64,000 nt of DNA from a virus. Taxonomy: Duplodnaviria > Caudoviricetes. Shown here in pieces: positions 17,676-26,376 of the stretch (within the stretch, counting starts at the first letter, position 1; each line of letters opens with the position of its first letter). The notes beneath the pieces are model-generated. The model was not told the DNA's origin, did not search any database, and saw nothing but the letters and a program-made list of their open reading frames with translations. The stretch is taken from positions 1 through 64,000 of the IMG/VR virus record IMGVR_UViG_2866513116_000002, one strand, 5' to 3'. The position numbers and the translations under genes were made by a program.

Positions 17676-18010
17676 GCGAGAAGACGACCCGCCGCATCGT
17701 GAACCTCCGCTCCGGCGGCGAGGAGTCTGTTGGCCAGTGCGAGCGTTGCGGCCGGTGGGGCACCACGATCCATCACCGCAAGAACAGGTCCCAGGGTGGC
17801 GAGTGGTCACCGGTGAACTGCGTGGCGTTGTGCGGTGACGGCGTCCGAGGTTGCCATGGGTGGGCAACAGTGAACCCGAACGCCGCCCACGACGAGGGTT
17901 TTCACGTTCGCCCATGGGAAGACCCAGCGAGCGTCCCGGTCAAGTTATTCCTCTATGGCCGTGCCTATTTGGGCGATGACGGCTGTGTTGCTTCGAAGGA
18001 GTTGGGATGA
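17672..18010 (+). CDS. HNH endonuclease
   Basis: CERC..HHRKNRSQGG..N..LC..CH. Confidence 0.85.
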   Translation: MSEKTTRRIVNLRSGGEESVGQCERCGRWGTTIHHRKNRSQGGEWSPVNCVALCGDGVRGCHGWATVNPNAAHDEGFHVRPWEDPASVPVKLFLYGRAYLGDDGCVASKELG

Positions 18011-18474
18011 AAGACGATCCAGCAGCACTTATCCGGGAGTGCACATCACAGATCAGGGCCGTGGTCGATGACCTCCTGACCGATCTCGCGGAGACGGAGA
18101 ACGCGCGCCAGAGTGCCCAGGCGAAGGTGTTCGCTCCGCAGCTACCGGAGCCTGACCCCACCAAACCGGCGAATTGGCGGTTCGCGGCCGACGTGATCGC
18201 GGCGGCGGATGGGTTTTCGCGATTCCGGGCGGACGACACGTTGGTGGTGGTTCACCTACGTCGCGAAGCCGACCGTCTCGAAGCCGCCCAGCAGCAGGCC
18301 GACGCGGATGAGGAGCTGATCGAGAAGGCGGCGCGGGTGCTATACGAGCGCACAGATTGGTCAGGATGTGCAGGGTCGGCCTGGGATGCACTCGACAGCG
18401 CGTATCAGAAGCCGTGGATCGACATGGCCCGTGCCCTCCATGCCGCCAACCTCCTACGGGACGGTGAGAAGTGA
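18007..18474 (+). CDS. Hypothetical phage protein
   Basis: Coupled ORF ending in a junction repeat. Confidence 0.65.
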   Translation: MKDDPAALIRECTSQIRAVVDDLLTDLAETENARQSAQAKVFAPQLPEPDPTKPANWRFAADVIAAADGFSRFRADDTLVVVHLRREADRLEAAQQQADADEELIEKAARVLYERTDWSGCAGSAWDALDSAYQKPWIDMARALHAANLLRDGEK

Positions 18475-18986
18475 TCCTCCAGTCAGCTATCGAGCAGCAC
18501 CGCCGTGAGCAGAACCCCGAAGGATATTGGGACGACGACCTGGGCAGCATCGACGACTATGCGCCGTTTGCCATGGCCCGCATTGTCGGCGGCATAGTAG
18601 CAAGCGAGCTTGGCGAGCTCGTCTCGTGGAGCAGCTTCGACAACTGCCGTGAGCATGGGCTCACGGTATCGACTCCGGGCGGGTGGACATTCTGCTGGTA
18701 CGAGCACCGCAACTCGGACGTGGTTCACATTGAGGGTTGCCCTACCAGCGAAGTGCGCGAGTGGGGGCCGTATGGCGGTGATGACAAGTGGGACACCCTG
18801 GCCGAATTCTGGCCCGAGACCTATGAAGCCGTGGCGAAGTGTCTCGTCGAGATGATTCGCCACACCATCGAGTCTTCAACTCGGCGTGCTGATTTGAAGG
18901 CGATCGGCCTGCGTCACGGGAATGTCGAACTGGAGCGTCGACGACACTGGGCGTCATTTGCGCGGGACGGCGGTGACCACGCATGA
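18471..18986 (+). CDS. Hypothetical phage protein
   Basis: Coupled ORF between junction repeats. Confidence 0.65.
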   Translation: MILQSAIEQHRREQNPEGYWDDDLGSIDDYAPFAMARIVGGIVASELGELVSWSSFDNCREHGLTVSTPGGWTFCWYEHRNSDVVHIEGCPTSEVREWGPYGGDDKWDTLAEFWPETYEAVAKCLVEMIRHTIESSTRRADLKAIGLRHGNVELERRRHWASFARDGGDHA

Positions 18987-19561
18987 GTTCGATGTTCGCA
19001 GACGCGTTCGCCGCAATGGGCGACGGGAAGCATCAGCCCTCTCGGAGGAATGGTTGGCTTGGCGGTGAGAGCCAGGATAAGGGCAGTAGGCAGCGCGAGA
19101 CTCGCTGGCTCACTCCGAGCCCGATTGTCGATGCCCTGGGTGCCTTCGACCTGGATCCATGCGGGGCGCCTGGGCACACTTTGGCCCGTCGCACCTTCCA
19201 GATCGACGACGGGCAAGATGGCCTGGAGTTGCCGTGGGTGGGTCGGGTATTCCTGAATCCGCCATACGGCAAGCTCACCCTGCCATTCATGCGAAAGATG
19301 GCCGATCACGGGAACGGGACGGCACTCATCTTTGCGCGCACCGAAACGGCAATGTTTTTCGAGACTGTTTGGGACAGGGCGACCGCGATCCTCTTCCTCA
19401 AGGGCAGGGTGACGTTTCTTGACGCCCAGGGCGCGCCAGCGAAAGCCAACTCGGGTGCCCCTTCATGCCTGGTCGCATATGGGGCTGCTGATGCCACGGC
19501 ACTGTATGAGTGCGGGCTAGATGGGATGTTCATTCGCCTGCGGGACGGCGGTGAGAAGTGA
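18983..19561 (+). CDS. Phage DNA N6-adenine methyltransferase
   Basis: WLTP, FDLDPC, DGL..W..VFLNPPY, ARTET, GRVTF. Confidence 0.9.
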   Translation: MSSMFADAFAAMGDGKHQPSRRNGWLGGESQDKGSRQRETRWLTPSPIVDALGAFDLDPCGAPGHTLARRTFQIDDGQDGLELPWVGRVFLNPPYGKLTLPFMRKMADHGNGTALIFARTETAMFFETVWDRATAILFLKGRVTFLDAQGAPAKANSGAPSCLVAYGAADATALYECGLDGMFIRLRDGGEK

Positions 19562-19854
19562 TGGCTCTCAATCCGAAGATCACCTGGCTTCTTGGGAAGC
19601 CCATTAACCCGTGTGGATGCCATGTGTGCGAGAACGAGTGGCTTCGCATCATGGATGAACTCGATCCTGATGGATGGATGAGTCGCCTGTCGCGGGGAAT
19701 GATTTTGTGCCCCGAGTGTGGTTGCAAGCGCTGTCCACGTGCGACCTATCACGAGCATTCGTGTACGCGCAGCAATGATTCGGGCCAGCAGGGATCGATA
19801 TACGGCGGATTTGACGCTGGCGAGGGCGAGCCCGTGGACGGCGGTGAGAAGTGA
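19558..19854 (+). CDS. Cys-rich hypothetical protein
   Basis: MILCPECGCKRCPRAT.H. Confidence 0.7.
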   Translation: MMALNPKITWLLGKPINPCGCHVCENEWLRIMDELDPDGWMSRLSRGMILCPECGCKRCPRATYHEHSCTRSNDSGQQGSIYGGFDAGEGEPVDGGEK

Positions 19855-20048
19855 TGGGGAACCTTAGCATTCGCAGTGGCTCACCACTGGACATTGAGGT
19901 CGACAGTTTCGACGAGGTGGTCATCGACGAGATGTACTGGCTCACCTTAGATGAGGCCGAGGCGCTGGCTGAAGGGATTCTGTGTGCGGTAACGCTTATC
20001 CGCGAGCGTCGGCACAGCAAGCCCGTGGACGGCGGTGAATCCCGATGA
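19851..20048 (+). CDS. Hypothetical phage protein
   Basis: Between junction repeats. Confidence 0.6.
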   Translation: MMGNLSIRSGSPLDIEVDSFDEVVIDEMYWLTLDEAEALAEGILCAVTLIRERRHSKPVDGGESR

Positions 20049-20233
20049 GCATGATGCACATTGCCTACGAGATTGACCGGCTGGCCGCACAGGCCAAGCG
20101 TGGCACCGAGCACGAAGACCATGACGGCTCGACATTCCCTCACGACCATTTCGGCCTGTATTGCGGGTGCGGGGCAGCGCTGGTGGATGCGTCCATGTTG
20201 CCGAGCGAGGAAGAGGACGGTGAATCCCGATGA
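20045..20233 (+). CDS. Hypothetical phage protein
   Basis: Between junction repeats. Confidence 0.6.
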   Translation: MSMMHIAYEIDRLAAQAKRGTEHEDHDGSTFPHDHFGLYCGCGAALVDASMLPSEEEDGESR

Positions 20234-20499
20234 CCTGGCATCCCATCACCTGCGCCGAGCGTGAAGCACTCATCGACCAGGTGGGCCGTTCCTACAACGG
20301 GCCAGCAGCGCCGTACGTCCCAATCAGTGGCCGGAGTGATCTCGGCGGCGAATACGGCGATCCCTGCATCCTCACCATCTGGGGACATAGGGAGACGAAA
20401 GCGCCTCTGCTCAAGGACATTCGATACCCGGCACCCGATTTCGATGGGCATGATTCGCGCCCGTGTGAACACTACCGATGGGAGGAGGAATCCCGTTGA
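20230..20499 (+). CDS. Hypothetical phage protein
   Basis: Between junction repeats. Confidence 0.6.
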   Translation: MTWHPITCAEREALIDQVGRSYNGPAAPYVPISGRSDLGGEYGDPCILTIWGHRETKAPLLKDIRYPAPDFDGHDSRPCEHYRWEEESR

Positions 20500-20732
20500 G
20501 CGACAGTGAAGCCCTAGCGGTCGAACAGTTCCCGGTCGAATACCGGGAGACCATGATCATCGCCTACCCGGTCATCGCGCAAATGAGCCGCAATGAGTTC
20601 TACTTCGCGAGCAGCCGTGCTCGTGACGAGGCGTTCGCTCGTGTGCTCGCCGCGAAGAACCTACGCCGCACACACGAGATGTTCCTGGAAGACCTGATGA
20701 AAGACGTGGAGAGGCGGACAAGGGATGAGTGA
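20496..20732 (+). CDS. Hypothetical phage protein
   Basis: GGAGG RBS, TTGA overlap. Confidence 0.55.
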   Translation: MSDSEALAVEQFPVEYRETMIIAYPVIAQMSRNEFYFASSRARDEAFARVLAAKNLRRTHEMFLEDLMKDVERRTRDE

Positions 20733-21057
20733 CAACGTGATTGATACCGAACATCTCGAACGTCAGCGAGAGTTCTCGCTCCGCACATTCGGGCCGGGTC
20801 AGCGGCTAGCGGGGGTTCTCGACCACATTCGTAAGGAACTCAAGGAGATTGAGGACAGCCCGGACGACATCACCGAATGGGCCGACCTGATCATTCTGGC
20901 GTTCGACGGCGCTATGCGATCTGGCCACGAACCCCAAGACATCATCGACGCGATCAAAACCAAGCAGACGAAGAACGAGCAGCGGGAGTGGCCAGACTGG
21001 CGGACTCAAGACCCGAACAAGGCCATCGAGCACGTGCGAGAGGCGGACAGGGGATGA
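20725..21057 (+). CDS. dATP/dGTP pyrophosphohydrolase-like (DUF550, MazG-like)
   Basis: FS.RTFGPG..G..DHIRKE..E..EWAD.IILAFDG..K..KN..R.WPDWR. Confidence 0.85.
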   Translation: MSDNVIDTEHLERQREFSLRTFGPGQRLAGVLDHIRKELKEIEDSPDDITEWADLIILAFDGAMRSGHEPQDIIDAIKTKQTKNEQREWPDWRTQDPNKAIEHVREADRG

Positions 21058-21299
21058 GCGACCCAGCCGTGGAGGCGGCATGGAGGGCATTCGGTGCGCT
21101 GTGGCCAGACCAAGGCCACTTCGAGTTTGACTTTGATTCGAAAGACTATGCGCTGCTCACCGCCCGCGAGATGGCCGCACCGATCCGGGAGCTGCACAAG
21201 CCACGTGGCAGCGGCAGGTTTCAAGAATGCATTGAATGCCACACGCCGTGGCCCTGTGCCACAGCGCGTCTCGTCTACACCGAGGAGGAACTGTCGTGA
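21054..21299 (+). CDS. Hypothetical phage protein
   Basis: PIRELH.P..C.EC..WPCATA..Y..EEL motif common in actinophages. Confidence 0.7.
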   Translation: MSDPAVEAAWRAFGALWPDQGHFEFDFDSKDYALLTAREMAAPIRELHKPRGSGRFQECIECHTPWPCATARLVYTEEELS

Positions 21300-21559
21300 G
21301 TGACGCAGAAGATCGGGCACAGGAATTGCTGTCCTACTACGACTCGTGCCGCGGACGCGGCACGACCATCGCACTCACGGCGGACACCACTGACACCATC
21401 CGCGACCTCATAGCCGACCTCACCAAGGCCCGCAACGTGATCGAGCAGGTGCGGGAGGTAGTCGCCGAGATGTTGGAACAGCTCGTTTCTGGGCCGGAGC
21501 GTCGCGATGTCGAGCGAATCGCGAGCATCCTCGCCGACGCTGAGGGGAGTGGACAGTGA
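21296..21559 (+). CDS. Hypothetical phage protein
   Basis: GAGGAG RBS, GTGA overlap. Confidence 0.6.
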   Translation: MSDAEDRAQELLSYYDSCRGRGTTIALTADTTDTIRDLIADLTKARNVIEQVREVVAEMLEQLVSGPERRDVERIASILADAEGSGQ

Positions 21560-22095
21560 GCGAACTACGCGACCTTGACGACATCCTCGACGATCGACGT
21601 CACCTCGCCTACGTCAGCGACGGCACCAGTGGCAGTGAGAAGGTCGGGCGACTGCTCAATGACGTTGCGCCACTAGTGGATGAGGTTAGGCGTCTCCATA
21701 ACGTGATCGAGCGGGTGCGGGAATACCTGGAGAACGACTGTGGACCATTCATCGCCGCAGATGGGTTCCAATCGTTTCGAGGGGCCGACCGTTCTCGCCT
21801 ACTGGCCATCCTCGCCGACGCTGAGGGGAGTGGACAGCGCGCCAACGGGTTTGCGGTGGTGGAGCTGCCGAAGCCGACGGACACATATAACCACCTGACC
21901 GAAACATCAATGATGGGCTGGGAGATCCCATCGTGGGAACACTTCGTCGAAACCATCGGCAACGAAGTGCAACTGTCGTACAACGGAGAGCCCGAGGAAC
22001 CGTTCAGCTCCGAGGTTGCCCGAGCGTTCGCCGCTGCCCTCTTGGCCGCTGCCGACGCTGCTGATCGTGCCGGGGACGACGGGGAGGGGCGATGA
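21556..22095 (+). CDS. Hypothetical phage protein (apparent fusion of two cassettes)
   Basis: Internal copy of the preceding gene's end (ILADAEGSGQ) without its stop codon. Confidence 0.6.
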   Translation: MSELRDLDDILDDRRHLAYVSDGTSGSEKVGRLLNDVAPLVDEVRRLHNVIERVREYLENDCGPFIAADGFQSFRGADRSRLLAILADAEGSGQRANGFAVVELPKPTDTYNHLTETSMMGWEIPSWEHFVETIGNEVQLSYNGEPEEPFSSEVARAFAAALLAAADAADRAGDDGEGR

Positions 22096-23579
22096 GAACC
22101 GGCTCCCTCTTCTCCGGCTATGCCGGTCTCGACATGGCCGTCAACGCGCACTTCGGCAGCGAGACAGCCTGGTTCGTCGAGAAGGACGCCGCGCCCGCCC
22201 GCATCCTCGCCCACCACTGGCCCGACGTACCCAACCACGGCGACATCACCGCGATCGACTGGGCGGCGGTCGAGCCCGTCGACATCCTCACGGGCGGCTT
22301 CCCCTGCCAGGACGTGAGCGCCGCCGGCAGACGGGCCGGTATTCGCGAGGGCACCCGGTCTGGTCTATGGTCCTACTTCGCCACAGCCATCAATCAGCTC
22401 AAGCCCCGAATGGTGGTGATCGAGAATGTCCGAGGACTCCTATCAACCGCAGCCCATCGCCCAGTGGAATCCGTTGCGGATGCTATGGGAGACGGAGCAG
22501 GGAGACCTGTTCTCCGAGCACTTGGAGCCGTACTCGGCGACCTTTGCGACATCGGGTATGACGCGCAATGGACGACTGTTGCCGCTGCCGACGTCGGCGC
22601 CTGCCACCGACGAGAACGGGTCTTCATTGTCGCCACTCCTCGCGACGCCCCGCGCGTCTCGGGGCGCGAGTTCGAAGGCACTTCTGCCGACGCCGAGCGT
22701 GGCGGATGGGATGGGCGGGCATCTGACGAGATCGGGGAGCCGGTCGGACGAGTTGCTATTACCGGGAGTAGGGAAGCTCCTGCCGACGCCGGTGACCGAA
22801 CCCGAGACAGGGAACGGGAACGCACGGAACCTCGGCAAGGAGGTGAGGTTGCTACCGACGCCGAGCGCATCGAACCCGAACGACGGCGAGGATCTGGCCT
22901 CGTGGGAGGCGCGCCGGGATCGTCTGAAGGCGCAGGGCTGCAACGGGAATGGGATGGGGACGCCGCTCGGCGTCGCGGTGCGGAAGCTGTAGCACTGCCC
23001 CCGACTCCGCGGGCTATGGATGGCCACGGGTCGATGGTTGCCCCGGCCGCGCGTCAGCACGTCGCCGACGGCGCCGGGTCGCTCCCCGAGGTGCTGGGCG
23101 TGCATCTACTCCCGACACCCAAGCAGACCGACCACAAGCACAACGACACCGCCGGCGAACGGGATCGGCGGAGCCCGTCCCTGGGTGCAGTGAACGCACT
23201 CCTTCCCACCCCGAATGCCAGCGACAGCACGGGCGGTGGTCAGCACCCCGACAAGCGTGAAGGGCACTCGCGTCAACTGATCGACTACGCGTTGACGGTG
23301 GCGACCGACTGGGGCGACTACGAGCCCGCGATCCGCCGCGCCGAGAAGGCTTCCGGACGTCCCGCGCCAGCGCCAACCGAGTTGAGCCGCAACGGCAACC
23401 CTCGACTGTCGTCCCGGTTCGCCGAGTGGATGATGATGCTGCCTGAGGGGCATGTCACCGGAGTCGGGTTGTCGCGTAACGAGGAGTTGAAAGCCATTGG
23501 TAACGGAGTTGTTCCTGCGCAAGCCTTTGCGGCGCTGGGGATTCTGACGCCGATCGCCGAGAGCCTGGGGGTGGCCTGA
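22092..23579 (+). CDS. DNA cytosine-C5 methyltransferase
   Basis: Motif I LFSGYAG, IV GFPCQD, VI ENV, VIII HRRERVFI, X IGNGVVP. Confidence 0.92.
   Translation: MRTGSLFSGYAGLDMAVNAHFGSETAWFVEKDAAPARILAHHWPDVPNHGDITAIDWAAVEPVDILTGGFPCQDVSAAGRRAGIREGTRSGLWSYFATAINQLKPRMVVIENVRGLLSTAAHRPVESVADAMGDGAGRPVLRALGAVLGDLCDIGYDAQWTTVAAADVGACHRRERVFIVATPRDAPRVSGREFEGTSADAERGGWDGRASDEIGEPVGRVAITGSREAPADAGDRTRDRERERTEPRQGGEVATDAERIEPERRRGSGLVGGAPGSSEGAGLQREWDGDAARRRGAEAVALPPTPRAMDGHGSMVAPAARQHVADGAGSLPEVLGVHLLPTPKQTDHKHNDTAGERDRRSPSLGAVNALLPTPNASDSTGGGQHPDKREGHSRQLIDYALTVATDWGDYEPAIRRAEKASGRPAPAPTELSRNGNPRLSSRFAEWMMMLPEGHVTGVGLSRNEELKAIGNGVVPAQAFAALGILTPIAESLGVA
22426..22992 (+). CDS. Overlapping +1-frame methyltransferase subunit with LLPTP modules, truncated
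   Basis: ATG inside the ENV codons; LLATP/LLPTP x4 modules matching those in the main ORF's C-terminus. Confidence 0.7.
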   Translation: MSEDSYQPQPIAQWNPLRMLWETEQGDLFSEHLEPYSATFATSGMTRNGRLLPLPTSAPATDENGSSLSPLLATPRASRGASSKALLPTPSVADGMGGHLTRSGSRSDELLLPGVGKLLPTPVTEPETGNGNARNLGKEVRLLPTPSASNPNDGEDLASWEARRDRLKAQGCNGNGMGTPLGVAVRKL

Positions 23580-24250
23580 TGGGCCCCTACTACTCCGATG
23601 ATCTCGTGACGCTGTATCACGGGGATTGTCTCGCGATCACCGAGTGGCTGAAAGCTGATGTCCTGGTGACCGATCCGCCGTACGGCACACAGTTCTCGGG
23701 AGCCAATCCGAAGGGCGGCTACGGGCGGCGACAGAATGCCGGGTTGGGGCCCGAGGGATTCACTATCGCCAACGACGGCACAACAGAGACCCGTGATGCT
23801 GCCCTCACAGCATGGGGTGATAGACCGGCAATGGTCTTCGGAAGCCCTCGGCTACCTGATCCACCGGGAGACTGGATTGACAGGCTCGTATGGGACAAGA
23901 AGCGACCCGGTATGAACGGTGGCCCTTGGCGCTATCGCCATGAATCCATCTACGTCACAGCGGGATTCGAACGACGAAACAACGAGAGTGTGTCGATACT
24001 CGCCGCTTGGCCCGACCAGAAGGACCATATTCACGCGAAACCGCTGGGCCTTATGAGCGCTCTCGTTGACTGCGTCCCAAGGGGCGCGGTGATCGCCGAC
24101 CCATTCGCCGGTTCGGGGTCGACGCTCGTCGCAGCAGTCAATCAGGGCCGCAGGGCAATCGGTGTCGAGTTGGAAGAGAAGTACTGCGAGATCATCGCGC
24201 GGCGGCTGAGCAACCAGACGATGGCCTTTGACTTCGAGGCAGGTGCGTGA
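23579..24250 (+). CDS. DNA N4-C/N6-A methyltransferase (beta class)
   Basis: LYHGDC, TDPPY, H..KP, DPFAGSGST, IGVEL. Confidence 0.92.
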   Translation: MGPYYSDDLVTLYHGDCLAITEWLKADVLVTDPPYGTQFSGANPKGGYGRRQNAGLGPEGFTIANDGTTETRDAALTAWGDRPAMVFGSPRLPDPPGDWIDRLVWDKKRPGMNGGPWRYRHESIYVTAGFERRNNESVSILAAWPDQKDHIHAKPLGLMSALVDCVPRGAVIADPFAGSGSTLVAAVNQGRRAIGVELEEKYCEIIARRLSNQTMAFDFEAGA

Positions 24251-24399
24251 TGGGTCCGTACACATGCCGCTGGTGCGGCCTCGTCTTCGTCGGCCGAGGC
24301 ACCACCCCGGCTGAGACCGCCGTGCAGCGCTGGTCCGATCACACGTGGGAGCACTACACGGAATGGCGAGAAGGCTTAGACGCGAAGGCAGGTGCGTGA
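24250..24399 (+). CDS. 49-aa C2H2-like zinc-finger protein, not in the ORF track
   Basis: MGPYTCRWC..HTWEH..AGA*; coupled at both ends and flanked by a 17-bp direct repeat. Confidence 0.6.
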   Translation: MGPYTCRWCGLVFVGRGTTPAETAVQRWSDHTWEHYTEWREGLDAKAGA

Positions 24400-25412
24400 T
24401 GGCCGACCACACCGACATCGAGTGGACGGACCGGACGTGGAATCCGGTAACGGGTTGCGCCAAGGTATCTCCCGGCTGTGATCACTGCTACGCCGAGGGC
24501 ATCGCTGAGCGGTTCCGCGGCGGGCCGGCGTTCCCGAACGGCTTCGATGTCCAGCTTCGCCCGCATAAGCTGACCGAGCCGTTGCGGTGGCGGAAACCGT
24601 CAAAAGTGTTCGCGAACAGCATGTCTGACCTGTTTCACGATTCGGTTCCCGACGAGTACATCGCGCAGGTGTTCGCCGTCATGGTCATCGCCGAGCATCA
24701 CACGTTCCAAGTCCTGACGAAGCGGCATGGTCGGATGCGATCACTACTTAGCCGCAATGACTTCTGGCGCAGTGTCTACTTGGCGGCTATCGACCTGGGC
24801 GCCGACGATCCTGCTGACGTCTCGACAATCGCACCGCCGAGCAACGTGTGGCTCGGCGTCTCCACCGAGAACCAGCAGTGGGCCGACATCCGGATTCCCG
24901 CGCTGCTCGACACCCCGGCGGCGGTGCGGTTCGTCAGCGCTGAGCCGTTGCTTGGGCCGATCGAGCTGGAGTTCGTGCACTACTTCGACACCGACTGCAA
25001 CGGCTGCTCGGGGATCATCTCTCCCGCACACGAACCAGCCTGTGGCAATGAACCTGGCCGCCACTGGGGTATCGACTGGGTGATCGTCGGCGGCGAGTCT
25101 GGCCCGAAAGCCCGCCCGATGCACCCGGATTGGGCGCGATCACTGCGAGACCAGTGCGCGGAGGCCGGGGTGCCGTTTCACTTCAAGCAGTGGGGTGAGT
25201 GGGTTCCCGAGTCGGCGAACCTCCACGCCGCCAAAGCCGCTGCCGCATTCCTCGACCTCGACGGCACAGTGCGGCCACTCGTCAACGGATACCCAACCAC
25301 CCCGCCAATGAGTCGCGGAGAAGCCATCACGATCCGCCGCGTCGGTAAGAAACGCGCTGGCCGGGTGCTCGACGGGCGGACGTGGGACCAGTTCCCGGGC
25401 GGTGAGGCGTGA
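24399..25412 (+). CDS. DUF5131 / Gp37-Gp68 family protein
   Basis: IEWTD.TWNPVTGC.KVSPGCDHCYAE, SMSDLFH, WVIVGGESG, FHFKQWG. Confidence 0.92.
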   Translation: MADHTDIEWTDRTWNPVTGCAKVSPGCDHCYAEGIAERFRGGPAFPNGFDVQLRPHKLTEPLRWRKPSKVFANSMSDLFHDSVPDEYIAQVFAVMVIAEHHTFQVLTKRHGRMRSLLSRNDFWRSVYLAAIDLGADDPADVSTIAPPSNVWLGVSTENQQWADIRIPALLDTPAAVRFVSAEPLLGPIELEFVHYFDTDCNGCSGIISPAHEPACGNEPGRHWGIDWVIVGGESGPKARPMHPDWARSLRDQCAEAGVPFHFKQWGEWVPESANLHAAKAAAAFLDLDGTVRPLVNGYPTTPPMSRGEAITIRRVGKKRAGRVLDGRTWDQFPGGEA

Positions 25413-25765
25413 TGGGCTACCTACTCGGTCTTCTCACACTCCCCGCGATCGCGCTCGTTTGTGTGGCTCTGTGGGGCGCGTATCGGTGGCTGTGGCGTTG
25501 GTGGACAAGCCCAGTCGACCTTGACGAAGTGACCCGGGATCGCAGAGCGCACGTCACGGCGATCGTCGCATCCGAGCTGTGTGCCGCACGCCGCATGTGG
25601 CACATCAAGATCCCGGGCGGCGTCATGCTCGCGATCCGGTCCGGCGGTGTTGGTCACGACAAGGGCTACGGGTGGGTGCTACTCGACCGTCGGATGCAGG
25701 CATTCGAGAACGGAATCCGCGGCGCATTCGACGACCTCGACGAGCAGCCGGGCGGTGAGGCGTGA
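25409..25765 (+). CDS. Membrane-anchored hypothetical protein
   Basis: N-terminal TM; flanked by 21-bp direct repeats. Confidence 0.65.
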   Translation: MMGYLLGLLTLPAIALVCVALWGAYRWLWRWWTSPVDLDEVTRDRRAHVTAIVASELCAARRMWHIKIPGGVMLAIRSGGVGHDKGYGWVLLDRRMQAFENGIRGAFDDLDEQPGGEA

Positions 25766-26376
25766 TGGCCACCGACCTGAAATTCATGATGCGGGTACAC
25801 AATCTGATCCAGGACATCCACCTCGACGACGACCTCGACGCCAACGCAAAACTGTTTTGCCTACTGGTCCTCGCGGACATCGCCCGCCGTCGCACACTCA
25901 GCCCGTCTGCACGACTGGCCGAGACGGTCGGGTGGATAAACCGCATCGATGAGCGTGCCGGGCAGCCCTACTTCAGTCGCATGGTGATCCGTCGGGACGT
26001 CCCACGCTATGAGCGCGAACAGGACACCGGAGTGTGTGTTGGCGAGATGATCCGGCGTGACGGCCCATGCGGCAAGAAGGTGTACAAGACCATCGTCGAC
26101 GTCGACCCCGCGACTGGGCGAGAAGTGCTCATTGGGTACTGCACCCGCCACTGGAGCCTTGACCACGAGCAGCGAGCCAGGGAACAGCGCAGGCAATGGT
26201 ACGAGAACGGCCGCCCTCGACCACCAGTCAACGCGGGAGGGGTTCTCCGGCGCCACCTCTCGACCGACTGGGATTACCTCTACGACTGGGCGGACCCGCA
26301 CCGTGATCACGCCGAGGACGGCAAAGAACCCATACCGCCACGGCCAACACTGAGCCTCATTCAGGGCGGTGTCTGA
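25762..26376 (+). CDS. Hypothetical phage protein
   Basis: Coupled ORF with L.LIQGG C-terminus. Confidence 0.65.
   Translation: MMATDLKFMMRVHNLIQDIHLDDDLDANAKLFCLLVLADIARRRTLSPSARLAETVGWINRIDERAGQPYFSRMVIRRDVPRYEREQDTGVCVGEMIRRDGPCGKKVYKTIVDVDPATGREVLIGYCTRHWSLDHEQRAREQRRQWYENGRPRPPVNAGGVLRRHLSTDWDYLYDWADPHRDHAEDGKEPIPPRPTLSLIQGGV

Noticed and set aside
18457-20499. Junction repeats as a CRISPR array or integron attC sites
   Set aside because: Spacing is 190-580 bp, the intervals are whole genes, the repeats are non-palindromic, and no cas or integron integrase is present
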